DNA of 64,000 nucleotides from Candidatus Latescibacterota bacterium (GTDB taxonomy: Bacteria; Latescibacterota; UBA2968; UBA8231). This document shows positions 1-7,849 of the stretch, in pieces. The notes under the pieces are model-generated. The model saw nothing but the letters and a program-made list of their open reading frames with translations, ran no database searches and had not been told where the DNA came from. The first letter of the stretch is position 1; every line of letters begins with the position of its first letter. The translations under genes and the position numbers were made by a program. The DNA lies in the NCBI GenBank assembly GCA_965243025.1, contig CBDETY010000003.1:352001-416000 (forward strand). The letters run 5' to 3'.

Positions 1-699
1 GAACTGGCGTGGCGCCTGCTGATCCAGCGCTACTGGGGCCTGTGCACCCAGGTCGACCGCGCCCTCGGCCGGGTGCTCGACCAGCTCGACGCCTCGGGCG
101 CGGCCGACGACACGCTGGTGATCCTCACCGCCGATCACGGCGACCTGGCCGGCAGCCACCAGCTGTTCGGCAAGAACATGATGTTCGAGGAGTCGATCGG
201 CGTGCCGCTGTTCATCAGCCGGCCGGGGCAGAGCCACGACCGGCACGTGCACGCGCCGGTGGGTCACGTCGACATCGTGCCGACCGTGCTCGAGGAGCTG
301 GGCCTCTCCGCTCCCGGCCACCTTCAGGGCACGTCGCTCGCGCCGTGGCTGGACGGCGCCGATCCGCGGCCGCGGCCGGCGTTCGTGGAATGGACGGGCA
401 TCAACTACCTGGTCCACGAGGATTTGAAGCGCGACCCGTTGCCCGGCTACCTCGCCGGGGTGACCACGCGCGAGGCCGGGCTGGCCGATCTGGCCGACGC
501 CGCGCGCTGCATCGTCACGCCCGAGGGGTGGAAGTTCTGCCTGAGCCCGGCCGGCCAGCACGAGCTCTACGACCTGAACGACGATCCCGGCGAGACCGCC
601 AACCTGGCCTTCCGCCCGGAGCAGGCCGGGCGCTGCCGCGGCCTGACCGCCCGCATCCGCGACTGGCAGCTCGCCGCCGGTGACACCGGGATCGGCTGA
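1..699 (+). CDS. Sulfatase family protein, C-terminal part (5' end outside window)
   Basis: Frame +1 is open from base 1 (ELAWRLLIQRYWGLCTQVDRALGRVL). Motifs ILTADHGD, GK..MFEESIGVPL, D.VPT and ELYDLNDDPGETANLA are typical of sulfatase C-terminal halves. Confidence 0.9.
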   Translation, partial: ELAWRLLIQRYWGLCTQVDRALGRVLDQLDASGAADDTLVILTADHGDLAGSHQLFGKNMMFEESIGVPLFISRPGQSHDRHVHAPVGHVDIVPTVLEELGLSAPGHLQGTSLAPWLDGADPRPRPAFVEWTGINYLVHEDLKRDPLPGYLAGVTTREAGLADLADAARCIVTPEGWKFCLSPAGQHELYDLNDDPGETANLAFRPEQAGRCRGLTARIRDWQLAAGDTGIG

Positions 700-719
700 G
701 CGGAGGCAGGACCCCATGC
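684..719 (+). repeat. 36-bp direct repeat, copy 1 (overlaps the sulfatase stop codon)
   Basis: caccgggatcggctgagcggaggcaggaccccatgc; 34/36 identical to 3701-3736. Confidence 0.85.
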
Positions 720-898
720 CGGCTGACTCAACCCCCGCGCGGAAACGGCGTGAAACGTCTCCGGATCGCCGCCCGGGAGAGCGAACAGACCCCGGCATCT
801 GCTGTCTCCTGCCAGGCCGGCAGGTGTTTTGAGGTTGCGATCTGGCCGCACCCGATCACGGCGACTTTCGTCGGATTCATGAGCTCCTCGCGGTAAAA

Positions 899-1912
899 TC
901 AACTGTCCGACCATCGTATTACCGCACCGACCACATCTTTGGCGCAATCTTTGTTGATGGCGTCGTAAAAGGTTGGTGATTCCTCCGATTCGACGCGATG
1001 CGTGATCGTGTGGTGCCACGGCAGGACACCTGTTGCCATGTTCTTGAGCACCGCGCGCCGGCAAGGCTCAAAGCCATCGTCGCACGGATAGAACATCGTC
1101 AGCCGTTTGCCGTGGGGCGGTGCAAATCGATAGGAGAGGGGCTTCGTGCCGTAATGGCCCTGATACACAAACTTGCCGTGCGGCTTGCACAGCTCGATCG
1201 CAGGGTCAACACACGCAGGCACGCCGGTGGATTCAAAAACAACGTCAGCACCTTCAGGCGCAATCTTGTGCAGTTCCTCCACTACGTTCCGGTTGGAACC
1301 GTTGATGAGATAATCCGCGCCGAGTTTTTCAGCGACCTCCAGCCTGTTCTGTTCAAGGTCAATGGCAACGACGATGCAGCCCCGGTGGCTGCACGCAGCC
1401 ATAACCCCCAATCCGACCAGTCCAGCGCCGAAGACCGCAACGACGTCTCCCATCCGGGGGTTTGCCGTATCGACGCCGTTCAATCCGACCGCTGGCATCA
1501 CGAACAGACTCGCCGCGTCGTCGTGAACACCTTCGGGCAGCAGCTGCAGGCCGTGCGTCGTTTGTGGATTGACCACAGCGGCAGAGCAATGAACGCCGGC
1601 TACGGCTGAGACCTGCTGTCCAGCGGACAGCTGCATCCCCTCCCGGTTATCGCGGTAATAGACCTTGCCGCCGACCTTGAACGTATCGACCTGGTTGCCA
1701 ACTTGTTCGATGACACCGACTCCTTGATAGCCGGTGCATATTGGATACTGCCCCCATGATATCTTGCTTCGGATCAGGGCAAACTCCGTTCCAATGCTGA
1801 CCCCGCTGTACAACGTCCGTATCAGGATGTGTTCCGGTCCCGGATCCGACAGGGTTACATCAGCGCAGCTAAAGTTCTGATTTTCGTCACTGACAAGCGC
1901 TTTGGCGTGCAT
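899..1912 (-). CDS. MDR-superfamily (alcohol dehydrogenase-like) NAD(P)-dependent dehydrogenase
   Basis: SGVSIGTE...GYQGVG N-terminal motifs, Rossmann motif VFGAGLVG, ADVVFESTG. Likely ATG at 1912 with GAGG upstream. Canonical catalytic Zn ligands (Cys, GHE) are absent. Visibly AT-richer than the flanks. Confidence 0.85.
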   Translation of the reverse strand: MHAKALVSDENQNFSCADVTLSDPGPEHILIRTLYSGVSIGTEFALIRSKISWGQYPICTGYQGVGVIEQVGNQVDTFKVGGKVYYRDNREGMQLSAGQQVSAVAGVHCSAAVVNPQTTHGLQLLPEGVHDDAASLFVMPAVGLNGVDTANPRMGDVVAVFGAGLVGLGVMAACSHRGCIVVAIDLEQNRLEVAEKLGADYLINGSNRNVVEELHKIAPEGADVVFESTGVPACVDPAIELCKPHGKFVYQGHYGTKPLSYRFAPPHGKRLTMFYPCDDGFEPCRRAVLKNMATGVLPWHHTITHRVESEESPTFYDAINKDCAKDVVGAVIRWSDS

Positions 1913-1946
1913 TTTTTCAAATACCTCGTGTGAGTATTTTGTCAAG

Positions 1947-2008
1947 AAAACTCAGGTTGCCGGACAACCTGCGGGTCGAGTTTTTCATTTCCGACATTTC
2001 TCGGAAAT
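1947..2008. promoter_or_regulatory. Inverted repeats in the divergent MDR/GMC intergenic region (candidate operator or hairpin)
   Basis: CAGGTTG-ccgga-CAACCTG nested inside AAAACTC...GAGTTTT, plus ATTTCCGA-N6-TCGGAAAT at 1987-2008. Confidence 0.45.
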
Positions 2009-2114
2009 AACCGAATTTACCAACACACCTGTCGCCCGTGCCCCGCCGGCCCTGGCGGGAGGGCGTCCGCGCATTCTCAGCGTGCGGAACTCGGCGATGA
2101 CAAGGAGTGAAGCT

Positions 2115-3632
2115 TTGTCCTTTCCCCTTTACTCGGACACTGTCGTGATAGGGGGCGGCACGGCTGGAGCCGCCGTTGCCGGTCTCCTGGCCGAACGCGG
2201 CGGCCAGTCAGTGCTGCTCCTGGAGGCTGGCCCCGACTACGGCAGCCTGGAGGAGGGCCGATGGCCGGCCGATCTGCTGGAAGGGCGTGTCGTCGCAAGC
2301 ACGCACGACTGGTCCTACACCAGCGGGGCCTCCGCAGGCCAGCCGGGCCACGCCCTCCAGCGGGCGAGGGTGATCGGCGGCTGCTCATCGCACAATGGCT
2401 GCATCGCCCTCTGGGGCAGCCGCGCAGACTATGATGGCTGGGCCAGCGAGGGCAACGACGGCTGGTCGACGGAAGAGGTCCTTCCCCACTTCCAGAGGGC
2501 AGCGGCCAGGCTGTGCGTCCGCCGCTTCGAACCGGAGGAGACAACTCCGTTCCACGGAGCCTGTCTCGATGCGATGGCCGGTGTCGGAATCCCTCAATCG
2601 GCAGATCTGAACGACCTGGACGAGGATGTTGGCGCGGCGATGGCGCCGGTCAACATCAGGAACGGGATACGGTGGAGCACACCCTTCGCTTACCTGGATC
2701 CGGTACGCGACCGGGGTGATCTGACCGTGGTTGGCGATGCCGTGGTTGACAGGATCAACCTGGACCGCTCCAGAGCCGTCTCGGTCGAAGCGGCCCGGGA
2801 AGGGGAGAGGGTGACTGTTGCCGCGGGCCGGGTCGTCCTGTGTGCCGGCGCCTACGGCTCTCCCGCCGTCCTGCTCCGCTCGGGCGTCGGTCCATCGGAA
2901 GAGTTGGCCTCACTGGGGATCTCCACGCGGATTGACCTGCCGGGAGTGGGACGCAACCTGCACGACCATCCCGGTGTCAGCATGAAACACCACGGCACCC
3001 GGCTCTTCGACTCCTTGATGGAGGACTTCATCGCCGAGGGCAGGACGGTCTTCACGGAGCAGAGCCTGGGCAAGGCCCGCAGCAGCCGCTGCGGCGAGGC
3101 GTTCGACCTGCATATAGCCCCCATCACCTCGGCCGGTCCCGACCCGGCAGGACGCTGGGAGTGCGTGATGTACGTTGCGCACATGGCGCCGCTGTCCCGC
3201 GGGCGGCTGACGCTGCGGGACAGCGACCCGCGGAGCAGCCCGGTGATCGACACCGGCTACTTCACCGACCCAGGCGACGAGGACCTCGCGGTGCTGATGG
3301 ATGGCGTCGCGATGACCAGGGAGATCGCGCGCCAGCGGCCACTGGCCGAGCTGATCGGGACGGAACTCGGGGAAACGGCCGGCATGGTTACGGCCGAGGA
3401 GTTGCGCCGCGACAGCCTTCACTACTACCACCCGGTCGGTACCTGCAGGATGGGCCCCGACTCGCACCCTGCGGCTGTCGTCGACCCAATGGGCAGGGTC
3501 CACGGCGCACAGGGTCTATACGTAGCCGATGCCTCGATCATGCCCGTCGTTCCGAGGGCCAACACCAACCTGCCCACGCTCATGGTAGCCGAGCGGATCG
3601 CAGGAGCGCTCGACTTAGAGCTTCCCCGGTGA
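2115..3632 (+). CDS. GMC family FAD oxidoreductase (choline dehydrogenase-like)
   Basis: VIGGGTAG FAD motif, RARVIGGCSSHN, GVGRNLHDH, YYHPVGTCRMG, V.DASIMP...ANTN. TTG start at 2115 after AGGAG (alternative ATG at 2097). Confidence 0.93.
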   Translation: MSFPLYSDTVVIGGGTAGAAVAGLLAERGGQSVLLLEAGPDYGSLEEGRWPADLLEGRVVASTHDWSYTSGASAGQPGHALQRARVIGGCSSHNGCIALWGSRADYDGWASEGNDGWSTEEVLPHFQRAAARLCVRRFEPEETTPFHGACLDAMAGVGIPQSADLNDLDEDVGAAMAPVNIRNGIRWSTPFAYLDPVRDRGDLTVVGDAVVDRINLDRSRAVSVEAAREGERVTVAAGRVVLCAGAYGSPAVLLRSGVGPSEELASLGISTRIDLPGVGRNLHDHPGVSMKHHGTRLFDSLMEDFIAEGRTVFTEQSLGKARSSRCGEAFDLHIAPITSAGPDPAGRWECVMYVAHMAPLSRGRLTLRDSDPRSSPVIDTGYFTDPGDEDLAVLMDGVAMTREIARQRPLAELIGTELGETAGMVTAEELRRDSLHYYHPVGTCRMGPDSHPAAVVDPMGRVHGAQGLYVADASIMPVVPRANTNLPTLMVAERIAGALDLELPR

Positions 3633-3700
3633 ACGAAAGAGGGCAAGCTCTATCCCGCCATCCACCGGGCGATGATCCTGATGAAGCCCGCCAACGGCGG

Positions 3701-3736
3701 CACCGGGATCGGCTCAGCGGAGGCAGTACCCCATGC
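3701..3736 (+). repeat. 36-bp direct repeat, copy 2
   Basis: caccgggatcggctcagcggaggcagtaccccatgc; matches 684-719 with 2 mismatches. Confidence 0.85.
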
Positions 3737-3810
3737 GGCCTCGATGTTGCACCAGGGCATGAGATAGAACACTTTCGTCTCTAGTCATGAATATCATGTA
3801 AGGGGGCGCT

Positions 3811-4482
3811 ATGGCCAGCCAGCATGAAAAAATCTCCTTTCTCCATCTCCGGTCCGACGAGGTCGAGGAGCTGCCGGCGAGGCTCAAGGAGAGGTTCGGC
3901 GCCAGGTTCGAGTCGGCGGACGAGTGGATTCTTCTCGGCACCGCCGACCGACAGCTTGCCAGGCTGGCCGATCACGTGATCCGGGTCCTGGCAACGAAGG
4001 GGGCGGAAAGCGCCCGCAGTCTCAGCGAGCGCAATATCGAGCAGTTGGTCGATTTCCTGCTGTCGCGTGCCCCTCATGCCGATGTCGAGACCGACCTCGA
4101 GATCGACAACGTCCAGCTTCGCGCCGGCTACCTGGAGAAAACTCCGGTATTGACGGCGGCGGAAGTCCGTGCCGCGTCGGACCTCAGGCCGCGCAACAAG
4201 AGCGAACCGGCATCGCGCTGGAAACGGGAAGGCAGGATCTTCGCGGTGCGCTGCCAGGGCATCGACCGCTACCCCGCGTTTCAATTCCAGGACGGGGCGC
4301 CGCGTCCCGTGATCAGGGACATACTCGCCGCCCTCCCCAAAGGGACGACGGCATGGCAGACGGCGCTGTGGTTCGCCTCCGGAAATGGCTGGCTCGACGG
4401 CGCCGAACCGCAGCAGCGACTGGATGACGGCGATCAGGTAGTCCAGGCCGCCGGGCGGCTCGCCCTACCCGCGTTCGGATAA
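3811..4482 (+). CDS. Xre/MbcA/ParS-type antitoxin (HTH plus toxin-binding C-terminus)
   Basis: SRWKREGRIFAV...YPAFQF and C-terminal ALWFASGNGWLDGAEP. Directly upstream of a RES toxin. Palindrome CATGA-ata-TCATG at 3786-3798. Confidence 0.8.
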   Translation: MASQHEKISFLHLRSDEVEELPARLKERFGARFESADEWILLGTADRQLARLADHVIRVLATKGAESARSLSERNIEQLVDFLLSRAPHADVETDLEIDNVQLRAGYLEKTPVLTAAEVRAASDLRPRNKSEPASRWKREGRIFAVRCQGIDRYPAFQFQDGAPRPVIRDILAALPKGTTAWQTALWFASGNGWLDGAEPQQRLDDGDQVVQAAGRLALPAFG

Positions 4483-4492
4483 CGGGCCGGCC

Positions 4493-5104
4493 TTGGAGTC
4501 CCTCCCGCGCCCCCCGGCCGTCCTGGCGAAACCCAATCTCACCGTCCTCGAGGCCGGGGCGCTGTTGCATCGTGTCCACGACCGGGGGCTCGCCCCGAAT
4601 GCCTTCAACCCCTGCCTGGGCGGCCCCACACGCTTTGCCCCCATCCGGGACAGCGATGGGCGGTGCGTTCCTTCCCTGTACGCCGGCAGGACGCTCGTTT
4701 CGGCCATCTGCGAGACGATCTTCCATGACGTGCCGGCCGAGGCGGAGCGCAAGACCGTGCCGAGATACCAGATCGACCGCCGGTCGCACGGCACGCTTCA
4801 ACTGCGGCGCGCCATCCGCCTGGCAAATCTGCGCGCTGCCGACCTCAAAAAGTGGAACGTCACCCGGGCGGACCTGGTAGGCAGCCCCCCGACCTGCTAC
4901 GGCCGGACGGTAGAGTGGGCCCGGGCGATCCATGGTCAGTTCCCGGAGGTAGGAGGGCTGATCTGGACCTCGAACCAGTGCGACCCCGATGACGTTCTCA
5001 TTCTTTTCGGCGACCGTGCGGCCGAAGCGGACCTCGGAATCGTTGCGGTCCGGGACGGTGGTTCCGATGCGTCGTTTCTGGAGGAAGTGCGCGCCGCCGG
5101 TTAA
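4493..5104 (+). CDS. RES domain toxin (NAD+ phosphorylase family)
   Basis: LHRVH...FNP...TRFAP...SLYAG...AICETIFHDVP...GLIWTS; R, E and S residues present. Confidence 0.88.
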   Translation: MESLPRPPAVLAKPNLTVLEAGALLHRVHDRGLAPNAFNPCLGGPTRFAPIRDSDGRCVPSLYAGRTLVSAICETIFHDVPAEAERKTVPRYQIDRRSHGTLQLRRAIRLANLRAADLKKWNVTRADLVGSPPTCYGRTVEWARAIHGQFPEVGGLIWTSNQCDPDDVLILFGDRAAEADLGIVAVRDGGSDASFLEEVRAAG

Positions 5105-5282
5105 CGTGCCGGGATCCGGATCACGGTTTGAGGAGCCGGCGCAGTCATTCCTGGCGATGTGCGAGGCCCCGACCGGCGGGGGCTCGAACGCTTGTGGCGC
5201 TACGTGGCGCGGCCGATCATCCCGCAGCCCCTCGCCATTCACCGGGGGATATCTGGACCGCCGCTCCGGTCGGTGTTCCAGC

Positions 5283-5318
5283 TTGACAGAGCCCTGATGA
5301 TACTTAATTGATACCAGT
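5283..5318 (+). promoter_or_regulatory. Putative sigma70 promoter/operator of an RHH antitoxin
   Basis: Perfect TTGACA at 5283-5288, then an AT-rich tract with repeated GATAC just before the ATG at 5319. No SD, so possibly leaderless. Confidence 0.45.
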
Positions 5319-5549
5319 ATGAAATCAGTACACATCCGAGGTATCGAAGCAGCCACCCTGGCGGCCCTCAAGCGCCTTGCAAGGTGCCACCGACGGTCCC
5401 TTCAAGGGGAGCTCCACGCCATCCTCGAGCGCGCAGCGCGTACAGCCCCTCCCGAGGAGGAAGCCGGGCTGGACTGGATCACGGTGGAGACCGGGGGCCG
5501 CTCACCCACCTGGTCGCGCAGCGAGATTTATGACGATCGAGGTCGGTGA
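5319..5549 (+). CDS. FitA-like ribbon-helix-helix antitoxin
   Basis: MKSVHIRGIEAATLAALKRLARCHRRSLQGELHAILERAA (RHH/Arc-like). C-terminal WSRSEIYDD overlaps the start of a PIN gene. Confidence 0.85.
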   Translation: MKSVHIRGIEAATLAALKRLARCHRRSLQGELHAILERAARTAPPEEEAGLDWITVETGGRSPTWSRSEIYDDRGR

Positions 5550-5625
5550 GGCCGTCTTCGCCGATACGAACGTGCTGCTCTGCGCCACCGACAGGTCGCG
5601 GAGGCGCGCCGGCATGAGGCCTTAG
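5530..5625 (+). pseudogene. vapC: Truncated PIN/VapC toxin (N-terminal stub only)
   Basis: MTIEVGEAVFADTNVLLCATDRS carries the PIN DTNVL motif but stops after 31 aa. Confidence 0.75.
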
Positions 5626-5799
5626 CCCATCAGGGTCCTCGACCCAGGGACAGTCGTTTCCGGCGGAGGCCATCGGATGCTCGCCACGTCGGCTTGTCCC
5701 TTCCCGGGAGGCGACGGGCAGGCAGGCGCCCCCGGCAACCTCGTCGAGACCCCTGGCGCTTGCGGCCCGGCCCCGCCGGCCCTCGATGCATGCGCCGAA

Positions 5800-5831
5800 A
5801 TGCCTATACTGCAGGCATGGAAAGCAGGCAT
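5800..5831 (+). promoter_or_regulatory. Operator/-10 box of the second RHH-PIN module
   Basis: ATGCCT-atactgc-AGGCAT inverted repeat containing TATACT, plus another AGGCAT at 5826-5831. Confidence 0.5.
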
Positions 5832-6077
5832 TACCAAACAGTACACCCTTCGCGGCGTTCCCGATCACGTCGACCGCGCCCTGCGCGAGAGGGCGGCGAC
5901 CTATGGCCGGAGTCTGAACCGCGTCGCCCTCGAAGCCCTCGAGCTGGGGCTGGACTGGAGCGGGAAGAGAGACGGTTCCACGATCTCGATCACCTCGCCG
6001 GCACCTGGGTCGACGACCCCGGGTTCGACCGGGTGATCGAGGAGATGGACACAGTGGACGAAGAGCTGTGGTCGTGA
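5830..6077 (+). pseudogene. Frameshifted RHH-type antitoxin
   Basis: KQYTLRGVPDHVDRALRERAATYGRSLNRVALEAL in one frame and RFHDLDHLAGTWVDDPGFD...VDEELWS* in another. One extra G at 5952-5953 would join them. The start codon reads ATT. Confidence 0.75.
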
Positions 6078-6460
6078 GGATCGCCATCGACACCAAAAGT
6101 TACCGGGACTTCTGCGCGGGTGATCCCGCCTGCCTCGATCTGGTGCAGCGGTCGGAGCGCGTCTACCTGCCTTTCATCACCCTCGGGGAGCTGCGCGCCG
6201 GATTCCTGGCCGGTGCGCGGGCCGGCGCCAACGAGCGGGTGCTGGAGCGGTTCCTCTCCTCGCCGAGAGTCGAGGTCGTTTTCCCCACTGCCGCCACGAC
6301 CCGCCAGTACGCCCAGCTCTTACTGCAGTTGCGCACCCAGGGGACGCCGATCCCCGCCAATGACCTGTGGATCGCCGCGCTGGTCCTGGAGAACGACGTG
6401 CACCTCTTCTCCCGGGATGCCCACTTCGACCGGCTGCCCCAGCTGCCCCGGGCGGCCTGA
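6074..6460 (+). CDS. vapC: PIN domain VapC toxin
   Basis: MRIAIDTKSY...ITLGELRAGF...GTPIPANDLWIAA...LFSRDAHF; GTGA overlap with the antitoxin stop. Confidence 0.9.
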   Translation: MRIAIDTKSYRDFCAGDPACLDLVQRSERVYLPFITLGELRAGFLAGARAGANERVLERFLSSPRVEVVFPTAATTRQYAQLLLQLRTQGTPIPANDLWIAALVLENDVHLFSRDAHFDRLPQLPRAA

Positions 6461-6554
6461 AAGGCTCGCTGAGGGGGTCGGGGCATTCTCGATACCGTCT
6501 ATCTTTCCTTCTATACTTTTCGCCCCTGGCTTCGCCGGATTTCTGCGGAATGAC

Positions 6555-6722
6555 ATGACCGGAACTCCCGAACAGAACGCGCGGCGCGATATCGACGCGA
6601 ACCTCGAAGCGGCCGGCTGGCTGGTCCAGAGCCGCAGTGAGCTCGACCTCCCCGCCGGCCGCGGCGGGTTCGACGATCCGAAGTTCAGCCGCAAGGTGCT
6701 GGGGCTCGAGGATGAGGAGTAG
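6555..6722 (+). pseudogene. hsdR: Type I restriction subunit (HsdR) N-terminal stub fused to an antitoxin C-terminus
   Basis: TPEQNARRDIDANLEAAGWLVQSRSELDLPAGRG resembles HsdR N-termini. The tail FDDPKFSRKVLGLEDEE* mirrors the tail of 6834-7115. Confidence 0.7.
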
Positions 6723-6833
6723 GTTTCCAGCCATGCGCATTCTTCATGGGCAGCAATTTCTCGGAGAACGAACTCCGATTCTTAGCTGAGCAGGAGGCTC
6801 AGCACCGCTACCACACATTCAGGAGCATGGACC

Positions 6834-7115
6834 ATGGAACTAACCTTGCACGAGGCGGAGAACCGCCTCGCCGAGTTGGTCACCGCGGCCGAGAAGGGCG
6901 AACGGGTGGTGATTGTCAAGGACGGGGAGCCATCCGTTCAACTGGTGCGCTGTAGACGAAAGCAAGGCGGCGGTCTGGACTGGGACAGACTGAACGACAT
7001 CCGTCGCGAACTCGGGATCAAGGACGCCCCTCCGGAAGAAGCCGAGGCGATGTTAGCCGCCTTTCACGACTCCGCCCTCAGCCGCCGCGTTCTGGGACTT
7101 GAGGACGAGGAATAG
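6834..7115 (+). CDS. Phd/YefM family antitoxin
   Basis: MELTLHEAENRLAELVTAAEKGERVVIVKDGEPSVQLV; AGGAG upstream. Confidence 0.88.
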   Translation: MELTLHEAENRLAELVTAAEKGERVVIVKDGEPSVQLVRCRRKQGGGLDWDRLNDIRRELGIKDAPPEEAEAMLAAFHDSALSRRVLGLEDEE

Positions 7116-7130
7116 GCGGGAGACGGCCTG

Positions 7131-7376
7131 GTGCGCGTCCTCCTCGATACTCCATTCCTGGATGGTCTGATGGAGGCCCAGGGGCGGTTCTCGGATGAGC
7201 AGCGCCGGTTCATTGTGCCCCTGACCGAGCGTCACGCCGCCAGCGAGCTGCAGACCCCTCTTTCCCACAGAGATCCCTTCGACGAGTTGCTCCTCGTGCA
7301 GGCCCAGGAAGAAGACCTCAAGCTCCTCACCGCGGACCGGCAGCTCATCGGGCATCCGCTGGCCATCACAGCCTGA
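7131..7376 (+). pseudogene. vapC: PIN/VapC toxin with internal deletion
   Basis: Starts MRVLLDT and ends HRDPFDELLLVQAQEEDLKLLTAD, but is only 81 aa. The central S..EI helix seen in the intact 61996-62382 VapC is missing. Confidence 0.75.
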
Positions 7377-7380
7377 GCGC

Positions 7381-7650
7381 ATGGACACCTCCCAGATCGG
7401 CAAGCGGGCCTGGAGCTATGCCGGCGTTTTGCAGGACGCCGGGCTCTCCTGCTTCGAGTACGTCGAGCAGCTGACCCTGCTGCTCTTCCTCAAGATGGCG
7501 GACCAGCTCACCGAGCCGCCCCGCGAGCGCGAAGCGATCGTGCCCCCGCAGCTCGGCTGGAAGACCCTGCTGCCGCTCGACGGCGCAGCGCTGAATAAGT
7601 CGCCCAGCCACTCGCATTTTCCGGATCCGTGGCGGAAGAAATCCCGGTAA
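7381..7650 (+). pseudogene. hsdM: Type I R-M methyltransferase (HsdM) N-terminal fragment
   Basis: AWSYAGVLQDAGLSCFEYVEQLTLLLFLKMADQ...W..L..LDG is the HsdM N-terminal signature; no SAM-binding or NPPF motifs follow. Confidence 0.82.
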
Positions 7651-7849
7651 GATGCTCCAGAGGTCGGTGCCCGCGACCGCATCGTTCCGGCCAAGTCGGT
7701 TGCCGAGCCGTCGGCGGCGTACGATCCGCGGCCGGCTCGTCGAAAACGAAGTTCCACCTCCGGGCTCTGCGATCCCAACCCCCTTGACGTATGAAACCAA
7801 GAGGGGCAACCAGCTGCTGGGAACGGTCGCCGTGGCCTGCTAGTCCGCA

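Noticed and set aside
3633-3767. Open frame KEGKLYPAIHRAMILMKPANGGTGIG... overlapping repeat copy 2
   Set aside because: May be a gene remnant, but it has no convincing start or recognisable family, so it is not called.
5955-5975. Programmed -1 frameshift in the antitoxin at gggaagagaga
   Set aside because: No X-XXY-YYZ slippery heptamer; a single-base loss near 5952 explains the shift more simply.
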